DNA of 62,874 bases, counting the filler, from Diploschistes diacapsis (lineage: Eukaryota), in the NCBI GenBank assembly GCA_023645945.1. It is 19 parts of 19 records of this genome, joined end to end, with 100 filler letters (N's around TTAATTAATTAA, not from the genome) between each part and the next. Parts side by side here need not be neighbours in the genome. Positions count along the whole stretch, not along the records: positions 22,899 to 24,124 come from JALAIB010003555.1; positions 24,225 to 25,450 come from JALAIB010003556.1; positions 25,551 to 26,775 come from JALAIB010003557.1; positions 26,876 to 28,100 come from JALAIB010003558.1; positions 28,201 to 29,425 come from JALAIB010003559.1; positions 29,526 to 49,649 come from JALAIB010000356.1; 13 more parts are not named here. The stretch is one strand, 5' to 3'. The notes under the pieces are model-generated. The model was not told the DNA's origin, did no database searches, and worked only from the letters and a program-made list of their open reading frames with translations. The position numbers and the translations under genes were made by a program. Of the stretch, positions 22,899-35,181 are shown piece after piece (the stretch's first letter is position 1; every line of letters begins with the position of its first letter).

Positions 22899-23645
22899 CC
22901 ATTACTATTGATTCTTTTTTTTTCAGAATAAGAACAACCCGCTTTTTAAATAAGATATCGTTCATCTTATTATTATTTTTCGTAAATAAATAAGATTTAT
23001 TGAATAAATAACTCGTAGTTAATAAATGATTGATGAATAATATAGAAGATGATTTTCTATAATAGAAATAAAGGTAATCGAAGGGTTCAGCGTGGTTCAA
23101 TTAAACTTCGATATTAGCGAAAAAGAGAAGAAGGTTGTTTTTCGTTGGCCTATATAGATGATATCTAGATCCAATTATTTCTTATTTAAATTTATTTTAG
23201 GCCAGCGTATTAAGGTCCCGCGTTCTTTTAAAGTAGTATAACTTCTATCTTTAAATCAGCTCACCTTAAGGTTTTATAATTTAGATCTTAGGCTTTTAGA
23301 TCTCTTCGATTTAATCTACGTTAAATAACGTAATTAATACCCGCGTTCGTAACCGTAATAACTGCCGGGAAACGTAATTTTAATAAACGATTAAGCGTAA
23401 TAAAGTAGATGTTAATTCGGGCTCATAACCTATTTAATAACGTTATGGATGTATTGAAGTCTAAAGGTCTATCTAGGAGGTTATTTTACTTTATAGACTT
23501 TTATCTTTATAGGATATGCTAAGTCTTATTACTTATACTATTTCTAAACCGGTCTAGTTGGGATTCCAGGAGGTTCAGCTGAACTGAACCTCCCTCTAGA
23601 ACTTAGTTAGACTCCCAGCCATGCCTTCTGCCTGTCTGCTCAACA
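22899..23645 (-). mobile_element. Copia family A: 5' LTR (23431-23645) with PBS
   Basis: Minus-strand LTR starts TGTTGAGCAGACAGGCAG and is followed by GGTTATGAGCCC (23430-23419), the tRNA-iMet half-molecule PBS typical of copia/Ty5. Confidence 0.85.
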
Positions 23646-23906
23646 AAGACTTTCGTAAACGAAATCTATAAAGGATTTTAAAAGGACTTAATCGGATAAT
23701 GTTGAAATTTATAGAATTATTAATAGCGAATTAAATACGAGTAAGTTCGAGAATCTAGTTACGCTCGTTTTAAAATTAGTTAATATAATATCTTAATATA
23801 ATCTCGACTGTCTAATTAATACGCTCGTACATACCATCCGTTTAAGGATAATAAATAATAAAAACGAATCTTATAGTATCTAATTTATCGAAAATTGCTT
23901 TCTATA

Positions 23907-24124
23907 ACGTGTTTGACGGTGAGTCCGGCCACCCCTAGAGTCCGGCCACCTTAAATTACTACCGCTAACATTCTACGGTTTTTAAATATAACCTATTCGT
24001 CGTAATTAGAATCTAATCGATCTAAATCGAATCTATCTTTTTCTTTTTTATCTTTCTCGATTTTAAAAATGCGACGACGTTTTTTACGCGTTATAAATCG
24101 TTTCGAAATTATTCGACTCGATTT
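23907..24124 (+). mobile_element. Fot1/pogo-like transposon terminus
   Basis: TA then ACGT start, with internal direct repeat GAGTCCGGCCACC x2. Confidence 0.6.
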
Positions 24125-24224
24125 NNNNNNNNNNNNNNNNNNNNNNNNNNNNNNNNNNNNNNNNNNNNTTAATTAATTAANNNNNNNNNNNNNNNNNNNN
24201 NNNNNNNNNNNNNNNNNNNNNNNN

Positions 24225-24635
24225 TCGTAATATCCGTGTTAATAGATTTATTGCCGTGTCCGTGTATTTATCGAAATATTTTTAAATAATATTTATTTTT
24301 TAATAATGTTAAAATTATTACGTTTATTTTTTACGCTTTTATTTTTTTATCGCGGTGTTTTGGTGAATTCACGATAATATTTCGATAGATTTACTATAAT
24401 GTAGTATCCGTAGTAATGTCGTGTTTTAAAATTTTTGGCGGTAGTGTTTATAGAAGTGTCCGTGTTTTAAATTTTTTAATCGTAGTGTTCGTGTTCGTGC
24501 TTTTATTATAATGTAGTGTTCGTGGAAGTGTCCGTGTTTTAAAATTTTAGCGGTAGTGTCCGTGGCAGTGTCGTGTTTTAAAAATTTTCTCGGTAGTGTC
24601 CGTGGAAGTGTCCGTGGCACGAAACGGCCAGCCTA
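24225..24635 (+). mobile_element. Right end of the TAGGCTGGCCGT MITE family
   Basis: GTGTCCGTG arrays ending GCACGAAACGGCCAGCCTA, identical to the ends at 53957 and 55866. Confidence 0.8.
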
Positions 24636-25550
24636 TTAATAATTATTATAACGCGAAATATCTTACGGATTATTTCTTAACTAACGATTTATTTATTAAA
24701 TCGTACTCTTTAACTGATAATATCTCGATTAATTCTTTAAAAGACGGAAATATTATTGATTTTTTTTTTAAATCCTTTCTATTAACGGGGATTATTATTT
24801 ATAATAAATCGGCGAATAATATTTTCGAGTTCCGGTTATCGTAGACTCATTCGAATACTTAATTCGATTAACGTTTTAAACTCTCGTCACGAATACGAAA
24901 GTAAAGTGAGCTTTTCGAATATGAAACGCTAGCGCAGGAATAAGATATTATATTATCGGGAACTAGACCTAATCCGATGAAATTACGTATAGCTAAATAT
25001 CTACAGGTAAAAGGTCTCGATTCGAAAAGCTAAAAAAAAAACTATCTAAATAAGAGGATGGTAGGAATAAATAGTATGTAAGTGCCAGCCCTACGGGGTT
25101 CAGGTTCTACCCGCCTACACAGCCACCCCCTAACATCCTTGGCACGGTTGGTACCCGTCATGTGACCCTGCCGTCACGTGACCCCGGTGGCTTGGCACGC
25201 CTGGGCTGATCTGTCTCAAGAGATGATCCCGGAAATAACGATAAGGTCAATAAAAGCGCTTTGAAAATAAAAGTTTAAAAACCTGATAAATATAACGAAA
25301 ACCGTAATAAATTTAAATAATAGTTTTTATAACTCGTTCTGAATTTTTATTAAAATTTTCGTATTAATAACGTCGAAGGCGGAAAAATCGTTTATACTGC
25401 GGGTTTTATACATGATCGCGTATTTATATAAATCGAGCCGTATTTATATANNNNNNNNNNNNNNNNNNNNNNNNNNNNNNNNNNNNNNNNNNNNTTAATT
25501 AATTAANNNNNNNNNNNNNNNNNNNNNNNNNNNNNNNNNNNNNNNNNNNN

Positions 25551-25879
25551 TTAGGATATAGAAGATTAACGACTCGTTAAAGATCTATTATTATATAATT
25601 AACAATAAAAACACGTTACGAGGGTTAAACGCTCTAAGGATAGAGCTTAAGAAAAGAAAGAATAATTATAATACGCAGAACCCAATAAGGGGCTATTAAA
25701 GGGTATATCAAGTATATACCAAGACCCGCTAGCGTGTTCTTGTATAAGAACAGAGTTTTCGCAGGCAGAGATAGTTCTTCAGAAGTTATTTCATCAATAC
25801 ATCTATCGTCTAGCAAAGACCTAGCTAGCGAATAGCCACTTATCTGCCTTATTGTCACACTGTAGTATTAACCTTTACA
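25551..25879 (-). mobile_element. LTR family C terminus and leader
   Basis: Starts TGTAAAGG..TACTACAGTGTGACAATAAGGC on the minus strand; homologous to ~60825-61150. Confidence 0.7.
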
Positions 25880-26775
25880 TTAACGAATCCTAGAAAAGAT
25901 TAGATATCTTTTACGTTCTTTAAGGTTAATTATTTAAAAATCGATTATATTTTCTTTAAATCGATCTTAACGCTTTCTCGTCTTATAACGTGTTTTAAGA
26001 AGTCGATTTCTGTTTTATGGAATACGTATTTCTTTGGTTTCAAATGAAGTTCATACTCGTCGAACCGTTAGAATACTTTCTTAACCTTTTATCGATAATT
26101 TTCGAGCGTTTCACTAAAATAAATCAAAATGTCATCCAGGTATGAGATAACATACTCGTTCAAAATATCGCGTAAAATATTATTTATAAACTCTTGTTCG
26201 ATAATTAATACGTTGGTAAATTTAAAAGGTATTATTAGATATTCGAATAGCCCGTAACGTGTTTTAAATATTATTTTTTATTTTTCGCCCTTTTTTATTT
26301 TTATAAGATTAAAGTTTGCTCGTTGGTCTAACTTCGTATATTATAATGCGTTATATAATCGGTTTTATAATTCTTAAATGTTCGATATGGGGTAACGGTT
26401 TTTCACGGTGATAATATTGAGTTTCTAGAAGTCAATATAGGGTCGAAAAGTTTATCTTTTTCTACCGTTAGGTTTCGGTACGAAAATGATTAAAAACGAT
26501 GTTGGTGATTTGGATTTACGAATGTGTCCTTTTTTGAATATTTTTTAGAGATATTGCTTAAAGAATTTCAGCTTTATCGCTGATGTTTTATAAAGAGGTT
26601 TAAACTTTAGGGTTTTTTCGTCTATAAGTTCGATAATATGGTCCTAAGATTTGTGCTTAGGTAGTACTCGTAAGCCTATTTCTTCTTAAAAGAAGTACAG
26701 TTACTAATAATACTTTTTAAGGATTTTTAAAAGATAGTCATTTCTTTTCTTATCAGTATTTTTATTAATACGAAT
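25880..26775 (-). mobile_element. Ty3/Gypsy reverse transcriptase fragment, RIP-mutated
   Basis: VISYLDDILIY at ~26120-26150, plus RPYIDF*KLN..TVKNRYP and TRYGLFEYL motifs, with many TpA-derived stops. Confidence 0.88.
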
Positions 26776-26875
26776 NNNNNNNNNNNNNNNNNNNNNNNNN
26801 NNNNNNNNNNNNNNNNNNNTTAATTAATTAANNNNNNNNNNNNNNNNNNNNNNNNNNNNNNNNNNNNNNNNNNNN

Positions 26876-27277
26876 TGCCACCCCTCCTCCTCCTCCTCCT
26901 CATCATCATCATCATCACCCCATTCATCTACATCCCCCATCCCCTCCTTCGCCGACGCCGTGATCCCCGTCCTCCATCGGCGCATCGCCCGCTACCCCGC
27001 GCACGAGATCCGCTTCAACCTGCTGGCCATGGTGCGCGACCTGCGGGCGCGGGCGCGCGAGCTTGGCGACGCGGAGGGCGCGGCGCGCGAGGAGCGGAAG
27101 CGGGAGGCGTGGTGCTGGGAGAATGCGCTGCGACGGCACAATTTCCTGGGGTTCGTGGGCGAGGTGGTGAAGGAGGTGGCGAGGCGGAAGGTGATGGAGG
27201 GGGAGGGGCGGTTTGAGGCGTGGGTTGCGGAGAGCGTGGAGAGGACGAGGAGGAGGGTAGTGGATGGGGAGGACTAG
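26876..27277 (+). CDS. UCH37: Ubiquitin C-terminal hydrolase UCH37/UCHL5, C-terminal fragment
   Basis: RRIARY...EIRFNLLAMVRD...EERKREAW..ENALRRHNFLGF (ULD tail). Confidence 0.88.
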   Translation, partial: CHPSSSSSSSSSSSPHSSTSPIPSFADAVIPVLHRRIARYPAHEIRFNLLAMVRDLRARARELGDAEGAAREERKREAWCWENALRRHNFLGFVGEVVKEVARRKVMEGEGRFEAWVAESVERTRRRVVDGED

Positions 27278-27303
27278 CGTGGGGAATAGTAGGGGCGTGT
27301 GGC

Positions 27304-27888
27304 GTGTGTGTGTGTGTGTGTGTGTGTGTGGAGATGGTGATACCCGGCTAGGGACTTGGGATTCAGGGCTGTATGCTGCGAGAGATCTTACCTGAGTCTT
27401 GTCCAGGGCCTGAGGCTGAAGCCCGAGGCCGAGACTGCCCGTATGACGCAACGCGACGGGAAGCCATTTGGGACCCAACCCAACCCACCTCATCCACCTG
27501 CTCTTGACTATGTATGAGTGCAACGTTTGATCAAGCCTGGTTGATGCCTCTCTTTACATCGCAGACTAGACTAGCCTGGCTTATGCAGCGATGACCAGCT
27601 GGCAAACTATTCGAAAGGAAAGCACTTCCCCCAACTCCGCGCTTGCTCGCTCGCTTGCCTGCCTGCCTGCCTGCCTGCCTGCTCGCTGCTCGTTCGCTCG
27701 CTGCCCGTGAGTCCGGACGCCGGAGAAACACCCAACCCAACCCAGACAGACAGAGCGAAAAGGGCCCGCTGCCCTGTCGAAACCCACATTCGCTCCACCT
27801 TCCACCCCCTACCTTCTAGGTAGGGGTCTGCCTGCCCTGGAGAAAAGAAGAAAGAAGAAAGAAGAAGAAGAAGAAGAAGAAGAAGAAG
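27304..27888. repeat. Microsatellite cluster (GT)n, (GCCT)n, (AAG)n
   Basis: (GT)n at 27304-27330, (GCCT)n at ~27657-27680 and (AAG)n at ~27846-27888. Confidence 0.9.
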
Positions 27889-28200
27889 CGCTAAATCACC
27901 CACTCCATTCCACAACAGCCCGCCGCCAGCTCAAGCTTGGGTATAAGATCCACCGCTATCCTAGTAAAACCCCGTAAACTCCAAAACACGTTCCCATAGC
28001 GGCGCCCATCCGCACATAGATACGAAACACGCATCTCGGCCCAGCCCATATCCCATCCCAGCTCAGCCCGAATCCACCTCGCCCCACCGTCCCTAGAGCC
28101 NNNNNNNNNNNNNNNNNNNNNNNNNNNNNNNNNNNNNNNNNNNNTTAATTAATTAANNNNNNNNNNNNNNNNNNNNNNNNNNNNNNNNNNNNNNNNNNNN

Positions 28201-28420
28201 TATCTAGACATATTACTACAGAAAACCTTTTATTTCGAATCAAACAACGAAAACGAATACGAAATCGAAAGGATCATTAACGCAAAGGAAAGTAAATATT
28301 AAATTAAATAAAAAGGATATCTAACGAGTTAAGACATATAAGAACCTATAATAAACTTAATAAACTATAAAAACAAATTTTAGGAATATTAAGACGCTTA
28401 TCCGTTAATAGATTGATTAA
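28201..28420 (+). mobile_element. Chromovirus (Gypsy) integrase chromodomain remnant
   Basis: Translates as ENEYEIERIINAK..KY*IK*KGY...DI*EP, a RIP version of EYEVE.I...YLVKWKGY...TWEP. Confidence 0.7.
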
Positions 28421-28951
28421 CGTGGGATCAACGAGACGTCGGTTAAAACTAATCTAGTAAGATAGAAACTTTATCCCCTAAAACCCAGTTTAACTGCCTA
28501 GGCGATATTATCGCTAATTTAAATAATTCTAGACCGAATTCCGTTGGTAAATTTTTTTAAATGTTGATATATACCTCGGACGACTCTAAATCTAATTTTT
28601 CCGTTAAATAACGCGCTTGTTCGTTAACACGACTTTCCGTTAACTTAAGAATCTTTCGGTTACAGCGAATACGACGTTTGCGTTAAAAACGACGATCCTT
28701 AATTTCACGGAATTATTTTTTTAATTCCTTTTCTTACTTATTATCCTCGTTAATAAGCTTTTTATCCTTATCGATCTCTTCCCTTTTCGAAAGGATAATT
28801 CGTTTAATTACCTTTTAAGTAATAGAAATGTAATCCTTTTTATCGGACTTAACATAACGAGCGCACTTAATAAAAACAGAAGGTATCCTAATGCAATCGT
28901 AAGAAAACAAATAATGATTATAAGGTAATGTATTTAGAAAACCCCGAAAAC

Positions 28952-29425
28952 TGTTTGGCAACGTAATGGATATATTGAAGTCTAGAGGTCTTATCCTATG
29001 AAGATATCCTATTGCGCAGACTTTTATACCCTACGGGATACGTTAAGCCTTATTACCAACACTATTCCTAATCGGTCTAATTAGAATTCCAGAAACTTCA
29101 GCTAAACTGAACCTCGAAGTTCAATTAAATTGAATTTCCGACTAAAATTCAGTCGAATTCCCAATTATACCTTCTATTTATCTACTCAATATTCCCCTAT
29201 AGGCGGAATCGTCCAGTATATCTATATAATTTAACTAAATATCTTTTGGACTAGACCGAGTCCCTTAATAAAGGCGTCGTGTTTCAAGTAAGTTAATGGT
29301 TTCGTAAACCCGTCAGTAATTATTTTATCGATATGAATATAAAATATTTTAATACGTTATTACTTAATATGATCTCGTACGTAATAATAAGTAATGTCGA
29401 CGTGTTTTAAACGATCGTTGATCCT
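28952..29425 (-). mobile_element. Copia family A: 3' LTR (28952-29191) and RNase H end
   Basis: LTR end TGTTTGGCAACG, followed by the same PPT/RNase H sequence (KHVDITYYYVRD...TDGFTKPL) seen from 53145. Confidence 0.85.
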
Positions 29426-29525
29426 NNNNNNNNNNNNNNNNNNNNNNNNNNNNNNNNNNNNNNNNNNNNTTAATTAATTAANNNNNNNNNNNNNNNNNNN
29501 NNNNNNNNNNNNNNNNNNNNNNNNN

Positions 29526-31101
29526 GGAAAGGGGGTTTGAAGGGTTGAAAGATGAGGAGAGGAGGAGAGGAGAGGAGAGGAGGGGAGAGGAGGGGGAAGA
29601 GAGGAGGAGGACGGAATGGTGGTGCTTACGAGGTGATGTACGGGCACGTCCCGGGGAAGCTGTGGAGAAGCATGAGCATATGTATAGCTGCCATCAGTAC
29701 CAGTGGGTGGTGGTGGACGACTCACCTCGGATTGAAGCGCCCACTCGCGCCGCTGTTGTAGGTGCCGTTCGCGTTGAGGCACTGCCCGCCGTTGCCGGCC
29801 ACGCCGTAGTCGCCGGACGAGTAGAGGAAGGTGGTGCCCATCATGCCGAGCTTGGCGTACTCCTGGCACTGGCGCATCTCGTAGAAGGGCGTCAGGTCGG
29901 CCTCGTTGTACGAGTAGCTCGTCGAGATAACCTTGCTCGAGGCCGCGCCGCCGCACTCGTTCGGGCCCTTGTAGCCGTTTGCGAAGTAGGTGTCTGGGTA
30001 CTGCGGGTCCTGCGTGGGATCGTCCCCGCCTTCGAAGGTGCAGTAGCTGCCGTCGAGGGCGTCGAGGAAGGTGTTGAAGGAGCCGGAGAAGTAGGGGTCG
30101 CCGACTTGGTACAGGTTGACGGGCAGGGGGTTGGTCAGGGTAAGCGCGTACTCGAGATCGAGGTCCGACTCGCCGTTGTAGTCGAAGGACTGGTCGGCTG
30201 TCTGGGCGTAGCCGCCGTCGATGGAGATCAGATTGGGCGACTTGTGCACTTGGTTCTTCGAGTAGTTGGCGAAGAACAGGTCGAGGTCGCTCTGGAGGAA
30301 GGCTTGGGGCGAGTACTCCACGACGCCGTAGGGGTTGGTTTGCAGATTGGTCAGCACGGGCGGGATCAGATAGAGGTAGCGCAGGCAGTCGGGCACGATG
30401 AACTCGTCGCACATGGAAAGCTCGGTGATGATGTTATGGATGAAGTCCAGGGTTGCGCCCTTCTTGGGGAGAGAACCAGAGCCAGGCTTGCCCAGGGATC
30501 CGCCAATGTTGGGAACATCCCGCCTCTGAAGCCCCTTGCCGGACTCTCCTGAAGCGGGGCCGAGCTTGGCGTCAAAGTGAAGGGTCGGCGTGATGAAGTC
30601 GACGTGCTCTTGGATCTTCGCGGGAACGCGGTACTCGGTGCAAGCAACTTGACTCGAGCCAGATGGATGCACGTATTCGTGGTATTTGGTCTTGAGGAGG
30701 TCTTCAACCTCGGAAACGGTCGCGTCGAAGTTTAGCCATCCCAGTGATTGCGATTGCTCGATACGCTCGTCAGAGATGCCCGCTCCGTCAAGCCAGGCTT
30801 TCACGGCGTCGACCGTCTCTTGGGAAGGAGCAAACGTCTCGGCAACCTTTTTCGCGTTCCAATGTTCGCCGAACCTGTCCGAATCTGGGTGGGACACTTC
30901 CATAAGGTAATCATCCAGGCGGTCGATGTTTGACTGTTTCAGGGCAATGCGCATGGGCAAAAGCCGATGAGACTCGAGCCTCTCGCCTCTGTGCCATCCA
31001 TGTGGAAGCGATGAGCGTTTCTCATGCATCACATGGTTGCCAGTGGAAGCACGAGAGACTGCGGCGAGAGCGCCGACGGTAAGAAGGGAAAGGAGACGCA
31101 T
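29526..31101 (-). CDS. Secreted S53 serine peptidase (tripeptidyl-peptidase/aorsin-like), 3'-truncated
   Basis: Signal peptide MRLLSLLTVGALAAVSRA, Pro-kumamolisin prodomain (RIALKQSN, VSHPDS..FG.HW, HVDFITPT), and catalytic-domain motifs GESDLDLEY and SSGDYGVA. Intron from ~29725. Confidence 0.93.
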
Positions 31102-32919
31102 CTTGATTCTGGAAATACGGCAAGAAGCGCTGAAGTGGGAGAAGGCCAACGAAAGCATCGACTACTTATATCGAGACCTACCTCTGGTTCTGAGGCTAGT
31201 ATCTCGCAGCACGCAGCTTGTCTCTCAGGGCCAAGACAAGGAGCACAGCAGACCATGGTGTGACCCAAAGCAAGCTTCCTACTCAGTGCCTGCCTATGCT
31301 GCAGCAGAGCTCCAAGATAGCTGATCTGGAGTGGCAACGCCATGACAGAAGACCACACAAACTGGATAGGCTAGAAGATAGTGTATGCAGCCAAGGACAA
31401 TATTTCGACATCGAAGTGGAGGCTTCACTAATCAGGTGGACATAGAGGACCAGTGACTTATCCGAAAGGAGCAGCTGGAGAAGGATTGGAGGTTGCGATG
31501 TTTGCCTCGGCGTGAAGTGCTAGTCGAGCGCGTGCAGAGCAGCCGATAGACTTCGCATAAAATTTGGTGTTATACGCCCCTCTAAGAGCTTTCAAGCGCC
31601 GTATTTCCCTTAACAAGCTGTGTGAAAGCTTGCGGAATGAAGATGACCTAAAATTTCCATCGCTGTCCTCTCGCGACAGACGACGACGATGACGCGGTTC
31701 AGGAACAGCCAGCGGGCCAAATCCTGCAGGCCACCAAGCTTTGAGAAGCTCCTTCGTCGTTCTGATTTGTGGAGTTTCAGTCAAGCTCCGATAACGAATC
31801 CTCTCCTGGGCGGGCCGTCTTCCTTCTTGTGGTTTCATCAGAGCGTTGCGTCCAAGTCCTTGGTCGTTATCGGCGCCACACCTGCCGTATCATTGATCAT
31901 GACCGTGGTGGCTAAAAAAGCTGAGGGGGAGCTTCATGGATAGAATACCGGTTTTTCCATCGGTTTGAAACTGAATGCTAAATACACGGCTGTTACCTAA
32001 TGAGGTTCTCTGATGAGTGTCAATATACGCAACACTTTTGATCGCCGAGACTACGAAATCATTTGAAAAGTGGATAGTGGTGGAAGCGCTCTCTAAGAAG
32101 CAAAGGAAGCTCCGTCTAAAGATGTCACCCCCCACATAAGGGAAGTGAGCCTCTTAAGCTTCCTCTTTCAGATCTTGTGGAAAGCTGTCGACCAAGTTTG
32201 CAACATAAGGTACAATATGTCCTAGATTTGTCCGGTCTTTCGAAAGAGGAAGCACACCTTCGACGTCAATACCCACTTCTCGAAGCGAAGCACGAGACCA
32301 GTTCGCACAATCTAGGCTTCGTTTATATTAGTTCAAGTAGGGTAAGATACTACCCAACTATAGACATTGCTTAAGTCGATGTTGTTAACGGGCTGTTGTC
32401 ATGACTTCCGACCTGCCCCGTCTACCTTTATGGTGGTGCATCTCAGTTTCTCTTGCGCAAGAATGCTGGTCACTCGCTTAAGGTAGATATCCGCCTGCTA
32501 CTTTGGGTAGGTAATACTACTTGCAGGGGCCGAGCCAAGAATCATGGGTAGCGAGGTGACCTTGGAAAATAAGGACCTACTTGTACCTGTGCCTGTCCAA
32601 TCGTGAGTACCAGTTTTGAGACAACAAATAAATTATGCGCATAGAGTTAAAAATCCTCGCGATGAGAATATCAATCAAGATCCTCAACGAAGCACCAAAG
32701 CATGTAAACAAGCTACAGCTATGGCGAGGACCCACTGGAGTCATAACAACATAACCGCGTTAGGTCGTAACAGCGCTTGCAGCAAATAGCCATACAGGAG
32801 CTATTCGCTTAGGCAGCTCGGCAAGCAAATGAGGCCACCCGATTCGGAGGCAAAAAGACGTCGCCACCCGTCGCTACGGTCATGAAATGCTGCAATTCCT
32901 CCGCCCCCAAACCAGTCGC

Positions 32920-34075
32920 TCACGCTTCTTCCGCCTTCTTCTCCTCCGGCTTCCTGGCGACAACGTTGTACCTATGAGAAAGTTAGTAGTCTCGCCCGAA
33001 GCATCCAATGGATAAAACGCGGCGGACTCACAGATTGAGCATACCGTGGACCTTGGGATCCTTCAGCTGCTGGCGGACCTTGGCGCACAACACGTCTACC
33101 TCCTCCTTCTCCCATCCGAGGCGAGTGGTGAAGAGAAACGCCACGAACCCCTCTAGGCCTTCTGTTGTCTGGAGATACATCCAGCTGCCAATCTCCTTCA
33201 GGTGCTTATCCTTGGCCCAAGTTCCAATGGGCAAAGGCCAGTGCTTGGTGCGGATGTCGGTGAATCCCTGGGCACGGATCCAGCCTTCGAGCTTGCTGCC
33301 GGGATTAGGCTCCGTACCGTGCTCCTCCGTTAGCTTCGAGAAATTTGCATTGTGCGTCGCCATCGCACTGCCCGGCAATACCGAGTTGTCTGGCGACTGC
33401 AGCTTGGTATCGAGGTCGCAGAACTCGACCCATCCGCCGGGCTTAGTGAACTCGTAGGCCTGCGCCACGAGCTTAGGCCAATCCTTGATGGCGGAATACA
33501 TGGAGCGGCAGTGGATGAAGTCGAACTTCTGCGCATACGTCCAGGGGGCCTCGACGTCGTCGACCTCGAAGTGCACGTTGGGCGGCACCCAGCGCGGCTG
33601 CACGGGGCTCAGGTCGTTGCCGAGCACGTCGCAATGGGGGAAGCGATCACCGAATTCGAGGGCCCAGATCCCGGTACCCGTGCCGATGTCGAGAGCGCGC
33701 TTGGGCTCCTTGATGGGTGCGAGGTAGGGCTGACCGAGCGCGACTTCGATCAGCTTGTGCATGATGTCTAGACGGTCCTGTTCCTTCTCATCGTTCGGGA
33801 ACATGTAGCTGCCCTCCTTGTAGGCATGGAATCTCCTGCCCATGTGATGCTTGTAGTCGACAATGCTTGAGGCGAGCGAGGTAGTGTAACTTGCACTATG
33901 CTTGGCGATTAGTACTACGCCTTGCGAAATACGAAACGAGTCGACTTACATTTCGGAGTCGTATGCAGAATCGGCCGAGCTGCCATACTATCCTCAATCA
34001 GTATCACAAGTTCTGGAAAAGGTCCCTCATTGTTCCTACATCGTCGACCGGGACATCATCAACCGCAGGCTCCAT
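32920..34075 (-). CDS. SAM-dependent methyltransferase (TAM/LaeA-like Methyltransf_23), multi-exon
   Basis: DSAYDSE, SYTTSLASSI.DY...GRRFHAY, FPNDEKEQDRLD, LDIGTGTGIWA, DLSPVQP.WVPPNV.FEVDD and KPGGWVE motifs; last exon YNVVARKP. Confidence 0.92.
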
Positions 34076-34270
34076 GGCCGTATTGAAGCAGGGATGTACA
34101 ACAGATAGGCGCTAATATCAAGGGCTGCAATCGCAATCAACGGCAAAATAATCAAGTCAGTGAATGGTAAAACATTGTGGAGTATTATAGGGGACGAGGG
34201 GCAGGCAATGTACAGTATTTGGGATGGGATGCGGAAAGAAGTTTGAGTTCAAGATGCAGCGACGGGGCTA

Positions 34271-34724
34271 CAGTAGGGGTGCCAAAAGTAGTTAGGTCCC
34301 CCCCATTTCTCACCAAAATCGACTAACTTTATACCCATATACATCTGTTTCCCAGCAATGTGCCAAATTGAGGATTAAAAACTTGATAACAATTTTAAAG
34401 CATTACGCATATAGAAAACTTTTTTTCAAACCTTCCCGAATTTTCCTTGAGGGTCTAAGATGGGGGTAAAGAGTCAAGAAAACTGCTCCCTACCAAAAAT
34501 GGCGTTTACGGTGCGGCATCGCTTTTTCCGCAGACGTCTTACGGCCCCCAGAAAAATTCTAGAAAATCGAGAAGAAAAAATGAGTGAAGAAGTTAAAGCT
34601 TTCCCAAAGCTTATGGAATTTTGTTTAAAAATTTTAAACCGTTTTCGCGGAGATATGATGGCTAGGAAAGTGACGCTTTTTGGTGAGATATGGGGGGACC
34701 TATCTACTTTTGGCCTAGTACTTG
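34271..34724. mobile_element. Tc1/mariner-like MITE (~454 bp)
   Basis: TIR core GCCAAAAGTAG(T/A)TAGGTCCCCCC..CTCACCAAAA at 34281-34318 and in reverse at ~34677-34714. TA flanks both ends and the left end starts CAGT. Confidence 0.8.
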
Positions 34725-35181
34725 TAACCCACCAAAACTTCGTAACTCATGCCCGTGTATAGGTAGGCACATAGTATTATTCTACAACTGCGAGGCTTTC
34801 CTTCCAGAAGGTTACTCTAGAAGCGGGGCACTTCCATCCCAATTCTGCCTATGAATACTGAGTGCATAACTAGCAAGAGGCTATCGAGCAAAAGGTGGTA
34901 TATTCTCCGGCGACAGGACTTGATCGTCCCCAATCATTATCGCCACATTATGCCCACATGGTTGGTTGGGTGTGCGTCTTCGCATTGCCGGAAGGCATCA
35001 ACTTATGGTAGATATTGGATACTAAACCCGCTGAAAACGGTCTACAGTAACTGTTCTAAAACTTGGATACCCAACGTCGTGGTCCATGGAACCATCCCTT
35101 TGTGGAGGGAGCCGACTTGCAGCAGGTTTGCAAGCAGATATTTGCCCCAGCCATGTTTCTCGAGCGTCACAAAGTGCAGCC

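Noticed and set aside
25634..25858. Duplicated 'MTIRQISGYS' ORF (also 60938-61129) as a gene family
   Set aside because: Both copies lie inside the same LTR family and have no ATG start.
27960..28100. Possible 3' end of a minus-strand gene (..MRVSYLCADGRRYGNVFLEFTGFY*)
   Set aside because: Too short and at a contig edge, with no recognisable motif.
29474..30552. Long overlapping ORFs (312 aa, 335 aa), and similar ones over SLT11 and GH79
   Set aside because: Alternative-frame artefacts of high GC3.
31458..32400. Short ORFs between the S53 peptidase and the methyltransferase
   Set aside because: No recognisable motifs or consistent splice structure; possibly old gene debris.
29526..34075. 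S53 peptidase and methyltransferase as tailoring genes of the RiPP cluster
   Set aside because: They lie on a different contig beyond several artificial spacers, so there is no evidence of linkage.
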